This document shows positions 1-12,300 of a DNA stretch of 20,000 nt, one piece after another. How positions within the stretch are numbered: the stretch's first letter is position 1; each line of letters begins with the position of its first letter. The notes below the pieces were generated by a model. The model was not told where the DNA came from and did not search any database. It worked only from the letters and a program-made list of their open reading frames with translations. The DNA is from Atractiella rhizophila (Eukaryota). The DNA is taken from assembly GCA_021432655.1 (NCBI GenBank), contig MU271359.1, forward strand, positions 61,340 to 81,339. The letters run 5' to 3'. A program made the position numbers and the translations under genes.

Positions 1-365
1 ACCCAGTCAGGAGACGCTGATTTAGCTACAATCTGACAGACTTGGTATGAGAGGACTCCGCAGGCAAGTGGGCGTCCAAACCTTGAAAATAATTCTAACC
101 AGTGATTGTTGCATGCGCTTATAGGGAAGGATGGGACAGTATGTCTTCTCCCTGTTCAGCTTCTTCCATGCGATTTTAATTCTGTTGGAATGTGCAGCGT
201 TTCGGACCTGAATGGTGCTGCCTTATACCTCGCATCTGAAGCGGCCTCTTTCACAACGGGCACTGACTTGTTGGTCGATGGGTGCGTATTCCTCACCATT
301 CTCGTCCTTCAGGGCTTTCATCCAACTGACGTCGATTGGGCATCAGTGGATACTGCACTTGGTAA
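1..365 (+). CDS. 3' end of a short-chain dehydrogenase/reductase (sorbose reductase / D-arabinitol dehydrogenase-like); 5' part lies outside the window
   Basis: Exons 40-63, 125-138, 198-281 and 347-365 splice to [46 protein letters not shown]. This is the classical SDR C-terminus (P.GR.G...L.G...YLAS.A..F.TG....VDGGY). The intron at 64-124 has a GC donor. Confidence 0.88.
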
Positions 366-785
366 ACATAGCTCAAGACGGTGAAACGGAAGAATGCTTA
401 AAATGACTAAAATGGATTGATTTGCCTCCTCGTAATGAAGGGGAGACGTTTGTGCATAGACGTAGTGTTTCTGATCTGAAAGGAAAGTCATTTGTGCCAT
501 CATGATCGAGAGATCTTGAAGTTCGCTTGTCCGATGTAGCAGCTCCCGATTCCCGGTCGGAGCAAGAGTCGGGATGCGGGATGCACCAAAAATTTCTGTC
601 AACCACACCAAACCAACCGACCCTCATCTCAGTTCAAGTTTATTACGTTTCGTCTTTGGTTCAGCTCGGGAGGGTACGCATCACAATTAACTGGTAATCC
701 CTTGTTCATTCTGTTTTGTTCAGGGGGAGACATTTTTTTGCGCTTGCTCAAGTTTGCGGTTCAGTGATCGTGCAAGGCTGCAACC

Positions 786-1807
786 ATGGTTTCTTTCAGG
801 TTGGCATCTTTCTCAATGATCACCTTCTGCTGATTCGATTGCGTGAAGCTGTGATGCGTGTCAAGATACAGTGAAGAAGCCCAAGCTAGATCAGCACTCG
901 TACAAGTGCGGAGCGTCGTTCACTTGCATCGACTGCTCGAAAACCTTTCACCACCAGGGTGAATGGAAAAGCGTACGTTTCTCAACCCCACTCTGTCAAG
1001 CATACACAACTAAAGTGTGGTACGAGCTAGCATACGAGTTGTATCAGTGAAGGTGCGGTGAAATTAGTTTCAACGACTCTGTTTGATCATGATATTGCTT
1101 AAGAACAAAAGTACCAAAAGTCACTTTATAAACCCAAGCCTGTTAGTCCTCTTTCCATCCTTACACATTTTGCACACGCTAAGCATTGGACGCTTGTCTC
1201 GTAGAATAAAAAGGAGAAGGGAAAGAATGATTCTACACCTCTAACGAGCGGCCCAGGGACGAATGCTCCGTCCACGCCTACGCAGGACGAGGAGAAGAAA
1301 CCAGATGGGAGCAAAAAGCGTAAAGCGGAGGATGGGGATGTCGAGGGAGATGTGGGGAAGAAGGAAAAGAAGAAGAAGAAGGAGAAGAAAACCGACGAAA
1401 CATCTGTTGAAACCGAGACCAAGAAGGACGATGATGGAGATGTGCAGATGAAAGAAACTGAACCAGGGAAGGGAGATAAGGAGAAGAAGAAGGAGAAGAA
1501 AGAGAAGAAGAAGAAAGAGAAGGCTCCCAAACTGGACTCAGCTGCCCCTGCTCCTGCGTCCACTACCCCTTCAACAAATGGACATTCCAATTCAGCTCCT
1601 ACGTCATCCAAATCGTTTAACTCTGAGGAACTGAAGGACACTTTCATCAAGATTCTGGAGAATGGAAAGGTTTCGATGAAGGACATACTTGACGACCCAA
1701 AGTGGAAAGACCTTGGAGTTGGAGAAGAGCGCAAACGAGCATTTCTGGGAAATGAGATGAAGTACGAGAAGGATTCGAAAGGGAAGATCAGGGTGGTTTT
1801 CTCATAA
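786..1807 (+). CDS. LYAR-type C2HC zinc-finger nucleolar protein (YCR087C-A-like) with a Lys-rich tail
   Basis: Exons 786-799, 849-972, 1031-1052, 1104-1141 and 1205-1807 give MVSFSCDACQDTVKKPKLDQHSYKCGASFTCIDCSKTFHHQGEWKSHTSCISEEQKYQKSLYKPK..., the zf-LYAR signature, followed by KEKKKKKEKK low-complexity tracts. Confidence 0.93.
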
Positions 1808-1944
1808 CAAGACGGAGGGATGGAAGGCATTCTTTAGGATGTATCAACTCCTGCGATGCACGGAGTTGGCCACGTCAATATGTTCTTACATTGCAACCAC
1901 TCTGCAATGTAGTTATGCAAAAGATAATAAGGTTTCGTGTACAT

Positions 1945-3625
1945 TCATCGGACATGACACCTCTTAAACCTGATAACACACAATTTCTCCCTTCCAGCCC
2001 GCCTCCTCATCATCACCTCAGCTGTCCATTCTTCCATGGCATTAGCCCATGCCACAATCTCCTCAACGTGATTGACCTCCAAGCAGACGACATAACACCT
2101 TCCCCTATAACTCGCCAATTTCTCCATCCACTTTCCCTCCATCCAAGCATCGATGACTTCTCGGCCACGCTCTCCTCCCTTCCAGGAAGCGGCGATGTGC
2201 TGGCCGGACGTGACATTGGGAGATGATGAAGGAGAGGGAAGGGGAGAGGACGGAACGTATGGGAAGTTGAAGAGCTGAATGTCGACTTTTTGTTCTAAGC
2301 GCGGCAAGAGACCAGAGGCGAAGGAGGTGCGTAGGACCAGAGAGTGCACGTTGGATTGGTCAAAAGTTGAGCGCGTTGCAATACAGGCGTGAGGGTTTAT
2401 GTCGGTGGCAACATAGACTGAGCTGGTGCAATGGTAAGCTTATCGGCAGTGCAATATTTCTGGGCTCGAACAATTATGACTAGCGCGAGCTGCTCAAAGG
2501 CTTGACACTGGTACAATATGCTTACATGACTGAAAAGGTACTTGCACGGTGCAACTAGGACAAGTAAAGAACATATACTTCGCCAATTGTTTACATCAAA
2601 ATCGAGTTCATCCATGATCTACTTACGTTAGACCCGCGTGAATATAGCAAATCTAAAATATTAACTCTCGTTCGTCTCTCAGCAGCAAACCCATGAACAT
2701 GCGTGGGAGGGAGAGTTAGGTCTCGAGAGAAATTTCACGTGTGAAATCCTTTTAGGACAGTTGCAAAATGAAACGTAGAAAAGGACAAACTTTTCTACGT
2801 GCTAAGAAGAAGCATGGGGGGTTGATTGCGACAACAGCGGGAGCTTCGAACGCATAAACATCAAGGATTATTTCGATCTGTCAACTCCAAATGCCAAAGT
2901 ATGACGACCGATAAGTTTGAGCAGCATTTCTAGAACCAGCTAGATCGTAATCTAAGGACGAAAGGGATGCATTATCCATGGAATAAGGCGCTCATTAAAT
3001 ATTGGGATTTCTAAAAAGAGTCCGTGGCTTTGCAACAGAGTTCGATGACCCTTTACTGAAGTCATCATCGACACTTAAAGCCAATGAACTGAACCTCTAG
3101 ATCGACTTTTAGCTGAAGTTTGCAAACATGGCAAATTTGAAGCCAGAAAATCTAACTTAGAAGCCAACGCAGTTCAAAGAGGTAGGTTCTGATGTCTGCT
3201 GAAGGCGTTGAGCAGTGAAAGTTTGTGGTTAGATCGATACAAGACGCAAAGAGAGCGAAATAAACGTTTGAATCATTTGAACCTCGACAGGTTTGGAGCG
3301 TGAGTTGCTCAGCCCACATAAATGGAATATAACTGAGACTCAAAATACTATACTCACGCGTTTCTTTTCCCAGTATACTTCCCAGAGCCGCGCTGGCGAT
3401 TCCAGTCCCGCTCCTTCCGCTTAGTCAAATTTTTGTCCTAGGAAGCATTGATTGTACGACTGACCCCATCTCCAAGCACACAGCATTCTTATAAGCCTTT
3501 AACTCATCTGCATCCTGCTCCAAAGCGTCCAGGAGCAAAAAGGAATCTTCTGCTGGTTCGTAAACGTGATCATACGTAGAAGAAGGGAGATGAGAGAGGT
3601 CTGGGGTAGGAAGGGTGAAAGACAT
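1945..3625 (-). CDS. MTQ2: eRF1 glutamine methyltransferase catalytic subunit (HemK2/N6AMT1/Mtq2)
   Basis: Exons 3625-3465, 3413-3358 and 2417-1945 give MSFTLPTPDLSHL...VYEPAEDSFLLLDALE...CLEMGSGTGIAS...LYVATDINPHAC...VDIQLFNFPYVPS...IAASWKGGERGREVID...RRRAGREKLCVIRF. Intron 2 (3357-2418) is 940 nt. Confidence 0.93.
2418..3357 (-). other. 940-nt spliceosomal intron of MTQ2
   Basis: GTGAGT donor at 3357 and CAG acceptor at 2418. The phase-1 join restores the conserved GKET-LYVATDINPHA, so no conserved coding sequence is missing. Confidence 0.85.
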
Positions 3626-3772
3626 CTGTTTTAAGATTGGACTAACTAGCAACTTGAAGGAATGAGAATTATCGGCAGAAGCTGCCTTCGGAACCGCCAA
3701 CCAATTTTGAGCATTGGAAAAACGACCAAGTCCTTCTCCAGCTCCGTTCCAGGGCTCTAGACGCAGTAGGGA

Positions 3773-4176
3773 ATGTCAACCTCCTCCCTCTCCTCATTGG
3801 ACTCAGCTGGTTCTCCATCCACCTCACCCCATCCTCCCCTTCAATCCATATTCCCCTCCTTCCCACGTCCACGTCGCGCTTCGGGGGCTTCACTCTCGGA
3901 CTCAGAAATGGACAGTCTGAGCGAGGATTCGTATGCTTTGGAGGTGGAGAGGGAGAAAGAGTGGGAGGAGAACGTTCGGCAGTTACAGTTGCTCGTCAAT
4001 GTCGTGCTATTGCCCTTCTTAGGCAAGTTGGCTGGGAGGAAATGTTCACATTTCTGTACGTGTTTTTATCTCGCAAGTAGGGCAGGGTTGATGGCAATGT
4101 AGTTTATAATCGTTGGGCAAGGCTGGGATGGAGCTGGGAGTTACTTTTTGGTACTTGGGCCAAATCCCGGTCATAA
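3773..4176 (+). CDS. MIM2: Mitochondrial import complex subunit Mim2-like protein
   Basis: Exons 3773-4055 and 4103-4176. An acidic Ser-rich N-terminus is followed by EKEWEENVRQLQLLVNVVLLPFLGKLAGRKCSHFFYNRW, matching the fungal Mim2 pattern (EWEE....LQ.L...VLLP..GK..GR). Head-to-head with MTQ2. Confidence 0.75.
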
Positions 4177-4782
4177 CATTGTTCGAGTGGGAAGTTCAGG
4201 ATTAAGATGTGCAGAGTTGAATGTTGTACGATTGCGACGATACTGGAAGTAGGAAGGAAGAATGGACCCGCATAATGGGCAGAGCACTCTCTTAATTTCT
4301 TAATCTCATCAACATTCCAGTAATTGGTTGTTCATAGCTGATGATTTTCATGTAAAGATGTTCATGCCTCCTAAAAGCGGCCCGCGTAGCACCCCTCATA
4401 CTTTATTGGCTATGAACCTGCAGTTTGCACAGTTCAAAGCTGTGTGAAGCTAACAGGCAAAATCGACTGGCTATACCTTTTTATTCCCCTCAGTCAATTA
4501 CCCAGGTCTTCGGTGCAAGTTATGGCGTTTTATGCGTCTTACATGTCGCGTTTTGAGACTGCGCTGTAGGTGTATTGGCACGGGTACTGTCTCCTCCTGC
4601 CCCTGAACCTTGCTTCTCTATTGCAAAACGAGCTGGCTGAGGGAAAAGCTCGTATGGACACCGAGGTGGATTCAATGATATGCCTTGTCACTGTGAAGTG
4701 GGCAAAGCAGGTATTCACAAACAGCAGTCGCCTCAATTCATGCAATTCGCGCCATCAAAGACTCAGACGTTTTGAATCACAC

Positions 4783-4808
4783 GCTTAACTGCGCTTAACT
4801 GCTTAACT
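4783..4808. repeat. Short tandem repeat (GCTTAACT)x3
   Basis: GCTTAACT at 4783-4790, 4793-4800 and 4801-4808. Confidence 0.8.
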
Positions 4809-5080
4809 CAACATAACACAGAGACGTGTATTATGGCTATACCAAACAGACGTAACTACAAACACAGACGAAATTGACTTTGATTTCCTAATGAACGCCA
4901 ACTCTCCAGGGAAAACGACCAATGAGCCATTGCCATTTCTCCAGTCAGATGACATCCTGAGTTGTTTGCCTACAGGTATGCAACTCGTACAAAGTTTCAA
5001 AGGATTTTTGGGGGAGGCCCGTGACCAACTCTCAGGGCAGACAGGACGACGAATTTAATCCCTAGTTGATGGCACACATT

Positions 5081-6166
5081 TTACAAATCTTCCAATTTCA
5101 AGCCGTCTTTGGGCTCTGTGACCCCCGACACGATAGCGATCTCCTTCAAATTCTTCTTGCCATGGAGGTCGAGCATCTGAAGAAGCCCATCAGTTATCGG
5201 TGGATCGTATCCATCCTCGTAGGATGAAAGCCACGCAAGCTCTAGAACAGCGAGATTGCGAGGTAACCGGGAGAGCAATGTTCGTGAAAAGGCAGGTGCT
5301 TCACAACGAAGGATTTCAATGTCTTCTAAACTAAGGATGAGGTCATCCAGGAACGGTCGCACGCTTCCCAAAATCGTCGTAAGCCCAAATTCGCGAAGCA
5401 ACATCAGCTCGCCGAAAGCCTGTCGTAGCAAGACAACTTCGTCTATATCTGCCATATAGAAAGCGAGATGCAACCGGACGAGTGTATGACTAATGCAGCG
5501 CAAAAGCTGTGATAAAAGTGTAGAGAAATGGAAGGACTCCCATGCCAAATATTGAATACCAGCAAGCGGGGCAACCTTTAGTTCAGTCGGCAGATTAAAA
5601 TCGGTTAAGCAGAGAGTCCTCAGATTTGAGAGGCTCAGGCAAGTCGCGAGAACTCGGTTATTCATCTTCGATGCGGCGATGTTCATCAAATGCAGTTCGC
5701 GAAGTGAATTTGGCCAAGAATTCACGATTAGGATAGCATCTTCGGTGGTGACCCAAGACCACAAGCGTAGGACTTCGATGCAGGGGCATTTCGAAAGAAC
5801 AGGAAGCCAATCTGGGAGTGGAGGTAGTTTGCCGATACCTAAAGAGATTCGGGTAGCAAATTTGGTCAAGTATGGACGGGCAGAAAGAGTCCTGACCAAT
5901 AGCATGAGGTTAGCAGAAAGTGATGAAGACAGATCCAAAAACTCGTAAATTTTCGGCTCAGCGCATCGTTGCCAGAGCTTGCAGGTCAGTAGGACAGATG
6001 TCGATTGTTTCCCTTCAAGGTAGCTAAAAACCTGCATGAGAAGTTCAGGGGGAAGTCGGCACACAGGTGCTGTATAATTGACAAGAGATGTAACAAGAGT
6101 CCCAGGTCCATCCTCTTCGCAAGGTTGTGACGAATCAGGATGCTGGCGGGAAAGAGTTGTTGCGTC
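5081..6166 (-). CDS. F-box / leucine-rich-repeat (RNI-like) protein; start exon not resolved, possibly C-terminally truncated
   Basis: The open frame begins at a TAG acceptor near 6167. F-box motif RLPPELLMQVFSYL...VLLTCKLWQRCAEPKIY is followed by LxxLxL repeats (LRELHL, LRTLCL, LVRLHL, LAVLEL). Confidence 0.82.
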   Translation of the reverse strand, partial: DATTLSRQHPDSSQPCEEDGPGTLVTSLVNYTAPVCRLPPELLMQVFSYLEGKQSTSVLLTCKLWQRCAEPKIYEFLDLSSSLSANLMLLVRTLSARPYLTKFATRISLGIGKLPPLPDWLPVLSKCPCIEVLRLWSWVTTEDAILIVNSWPNSLRELHLMNIAASKMNNRVLATCLSLSNLRTLCLTDFNLPTELKVAPLAGIQYLAWESFHFSTLLSQLLRCISHTLVRLHLAFYMADIDEVVLLRQAFGELMLLREFGLTTILGSVRPFLDDLILSLEDIEILRCEAPAFSRTLLSRLPRNLAVLELAWLSSYEDGYDPPITDGLLQMLDLHGKKNLKEIAIVSGVTEPKDGLKLEDL

Positions 6167-6553
6167 CTAGAATCAAGATTGAGAGGTGCATTTGGCAAGA
6201 ATCAATACAAATCTGACGGGATTGTTATCAACAGTGGCGGTAGGTGGATTGAGGGCTGTGTCGGTAAAATGCCAGCAAAAATTCAATGCATATATACTTA
6301 GAGGTGACACCGCAAGGAAGAAGAGCTTGGATATTGTAGAATTAACGGCCATACTGTACATGGTCAAGAAATATAGACTCGTAAGGTGTTACTGTAATTC
6401 CACTTGAAGTTTTCTGAATCTGATGGTACTAGATCATGTGATATTCGCGAAGGCACTACTCCGTCTGAGAGGATTCAACCGACTATTTGCACACAGACAC
6501 ACAATTCACCACTAGAAAGAAGTGGACTGCCACCTAAATATACATAGAGTCTG

Positions 6554-9099
<2,546 letters not shown>

Positions 9100-9362
9100 C
9101 TTTCCGTGACAGCTTCCTGCCTCTTGATTAGATGCTGTCCTTTTTATGATGGGGAGTGATCGAAAAAAAAGTAGAGTTGTATGTCCGCGTCCCAAACCAC
9201 AAAATGATACGAACACAGACGTACAACAGGTCAGCAGGAAATATCAGGCCGACTTCATCGACTTCCAAGGCACTGCCTCCCGCCATATCTATATCCTGTC
9301 TATACCTTTTACGACTCCCCTCCCCTCAGCCAATCGTGTAAATCAACGTCTGAGCCATCGAG

Positions 9363-12300
9363 ATGCTCCTCTTACCAGTCTTCTTCCTTCTCAGCCTCCG
9401 CGCGGCGAATGCTCAAAACACGAATGTCGTCTGTCCCGACCGATTGGACTTCTTGGAGAATGTGAGGGGTCAGAGTCCGTGTGTAGTCACGAGTACGCTG
9501 TTTGGAGCATGTACTGGGTACGTGTTTCTCTTTGGATTTGACGTCGAAGGGAGAGGGAGCGAGTTTGCTGTTCTGCTGTTGCTGCGAGCTTTCAAAGTTA
9601 CTGTTTGCCACTTGCAATTTTCACTCCATATGCTTGCGAAGGCTTCTACGATACCGTCAATGAGAGCTTGAGGATGTCGAGTGCAGCTACTTTTATGTTC
9701 TGGCTGACTTGATAATGCTCGAACTTGTGCCGTGGAGATACCTCGTGCCATGTGTGCTAGCGCCTGAGCTTGGTTAGTTGACCAAGGTGGTTTCGAGATA
9801 TGTAGGAGGAAAGCAGGCATGAGATTGCATTTCCACTGGCCATCCTTTACGTTTGCAAGAGTACTTGCGCTCTACGTCGGATTCCGCTCTGAGCAATTAT
9901 GTATCCGCATGCTGAGAGAGGAGTCGGCGTATTGTGTACGGTGTCCACAGGAAACCGTTGCAGTGCGCACTTACTCTTCGTATGGAGAGTACAAGGCGAA
10001 CTTGGCGTTGGTTACTCCTGTGATCTGACCCACATATTTTGTAGCGATGTATTTCAGGGAACAAGAATTACAATACGATGCGCAGTCAAAGACTCCTTCT
10101 TTGTTTTCTCATCTTCGAAAGTTGGTTCCTGCTGTCAGGAAGGCTATTTCAAGGCGCGAAAAACGCGTTGTTAAATATTCGAACGATGGAAGACACCCAC
10201 GCTTGCCGTACAGCAGTGTCCGAGCCTTTATTGCGCTGTCCGCTGTCTCTTCTCGTAGTCCCTCCCAGTAACATAAGTGGGATGGTCCTCATTTGCCTTG
10301 CTCAGCGTGATATCCGTGAGAGAGTCCCGCTTCCTCTTCCGAGTTTGTTCTACAGTGCTCGTCCGCAACTCGCGCTTTGATAACTCTGCTGTCATTGCGC
10401 AACAATCGTCCTTTCCCCTATCCGTTTTATTGATTAATTCGGAAGGCTCCGTCGCTAGTCGTAATTCGCGACTGTTGTTCTCCCTGTTTTGAAGGTTATA
10501 CGACAAGGCTTGAGAAGGAACTTTGACGAACGGAAGCTCGATATGTCGCCCACATGTGTCACATTTGCAAGTTTTCTTTCCGTCCTCTCCGACGAAATAG
10601 TCTTTGGAGTATCTCACCAGAATTTCCTACTCTTCTTCACTGTGTATCCTGCAAAACAGAGGAAGGACGGACCATTCCTTTAGCAATTGTTCTTGTCACT
10701 AAAACAGCCTGAGTTTTCGCTGAGCTTTCTCCCGCAACCTCTCGGTACATGAGACTAGCATTCGGGTGACAATCGTGCTTCAATCGCTTGTGTTAATTCT
10801 CAAAGACGTTTTGAGGCTACACCTTACATTGACGAATCGGGCTGGTCCAAGTAGAATGTGATTGTTTTTCTTTCCGTCTTGCATGATAGAAGAGCAATCC
10901 TCTGATATGAACTCTCTGGTCTGCTCCTCCGAAACCGGGGCGAGAGTTCCAATCAGAGGAATTGTGTCTCCTTGTCTCCACTCCTTTGTCGCTATAGCTG
11001 TTAAGTCAGCTACTCCGCCTGTCTGAGGCAAGGTTCGATAACGCGTTGTCACTGCGAGTTTGAAGCCAATGGAGGGCTGGAAGAGACGTAGGTAACGGAT
11101 GACGTGGGCTTTGATTTGGGAACTTGTGGCCATCCTAAATTTACTTGCGATCTTCGTGATCCTGTGATGCTCATAAGCCCGTATTCCATGGGTCAAAGCG
11201 AGGTGCGCACCTCATGAATTCGTCGGCCGCGTCGAGGACGGAGCCTCCGCTCCGAAGCTATCTTTCGATGTTCAGCGTTGTGTGTGCAAATATGTATGAA
11301 CGCGTCACCTTTTCTTTCAACCTTATCACCCCATCTGCGATGCCGCCTAGCAGTCGCGGGGCGAACCTGAGCTCTCCCTTCTCGAATTTGTGGCAGACTC
11401 GCTCGTCTGGCAAGTCTGGATCGATCAAAAATCGATTGTAGTAAATGTTTGAGCAAATACGCCAGAGGACATGACACGGACGTTTCACGTCGTCCACTTT
11501 TATGAGCTCTGCTGCATTTAGTGGCGGAAGCTTCTTTGTGTTCTTACTTTTGCTCTCGTGCCTTTCGGGTTTTTGCCTTGAAGAGCGTTGTGCTGTCATT
11601 AGCATTCTTCTCCGTTTGTCGAATTCTCTAAGGAGTGTGAGCTTTGTAGATGCACGTATTCTCCTTATCACTCGAACTGACAACAACGAATTTTTTGTCT
11701 TGTTGTCTTCTGTGCCTAACAATGCATTAACAATAGCGAAGCGATTACACTGTGACGTGACTGTTATTCTCTTTGTTTGCATCATTGTTCCCCTTTTTGC
11801 TGTGTTTTGAACATATTGTGCACCAACAACATTTTACCGCCGCTACTTCTACCTCCTTTTGTTTTTAACGATTCCTTGGCGAATTGGATACTGACAGGGT
11901 CGCCACAGCCGGGTACCGTTCAACCTAACAGCTCTCGGAGGTGAGGAGCCGCTGGTTTCTTATTGATGACAGTTAACAACAGTGAGTAGATAACTTTTCG
12001 GGTTATGCTGGGTAAGTACGCCAATACTGGTCAGAAAAGCAAGCTTAGGTAGATATTTGGCAGACCTACTAGCACAGAGTAAGCCTTTCGTCATTGATCA
12101 ACATTCCGACCTGATCGATGTTTACAGTCCTAGTCAATGGCAATACAACCGTTGTTTGTGCGTCTTGCATTTATTATGCTGCCGGTACAGAAACTGATGA
12201 GCTGTAGATGCTCTAATGATGTCTACAACCTCATTCGTGAGCAAATCCCTACCTCCGTAATCGCGTAGGTTCTGACTGCAAGGAATGTTCCAGAGGGATG

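Noticed and set aside
1126..1830. 234-aa Phe/Ser-rich ORF on the - strand
   Set aside because: Antisense shadow of the Lys/Glu-rich LYAR exon.
3062..3068. Box C motif (ATGATGA, - strand) in the MTQ2 intron suggesting a C/D snoRNA
   Set aside because: The nearest downstream CTGA box D I found is about 380 nt away, with no terminal stem.
2418..3357. Telomerase RNA or TPP riboswitch in the long intron
   Set aside because: No 1.5-repeat CCCTAA-type template. GCTGAGA near 2680 is not followed by the ACCTGATC...AATNCCAGCG TPP core.
4185..4201. GTGGGAAGTTCAGG resembling RNase P/MRP conserved region I
   Set aside because: No matching CR-V/P4 3' strand with the correct context was found in the block.
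4338..4344. CTGATGA as a hammerhead ribozyme core
   Set aside because: There is no stem II followed by GAAA, and the motif is buried in a long helix.
6415..6478. TGATGG...CTGA flanked by GAATC/GATTC as a C/D snoRNA
   Set aside because: Box C is imperfect and the spacing to the terminal stem is atypical.
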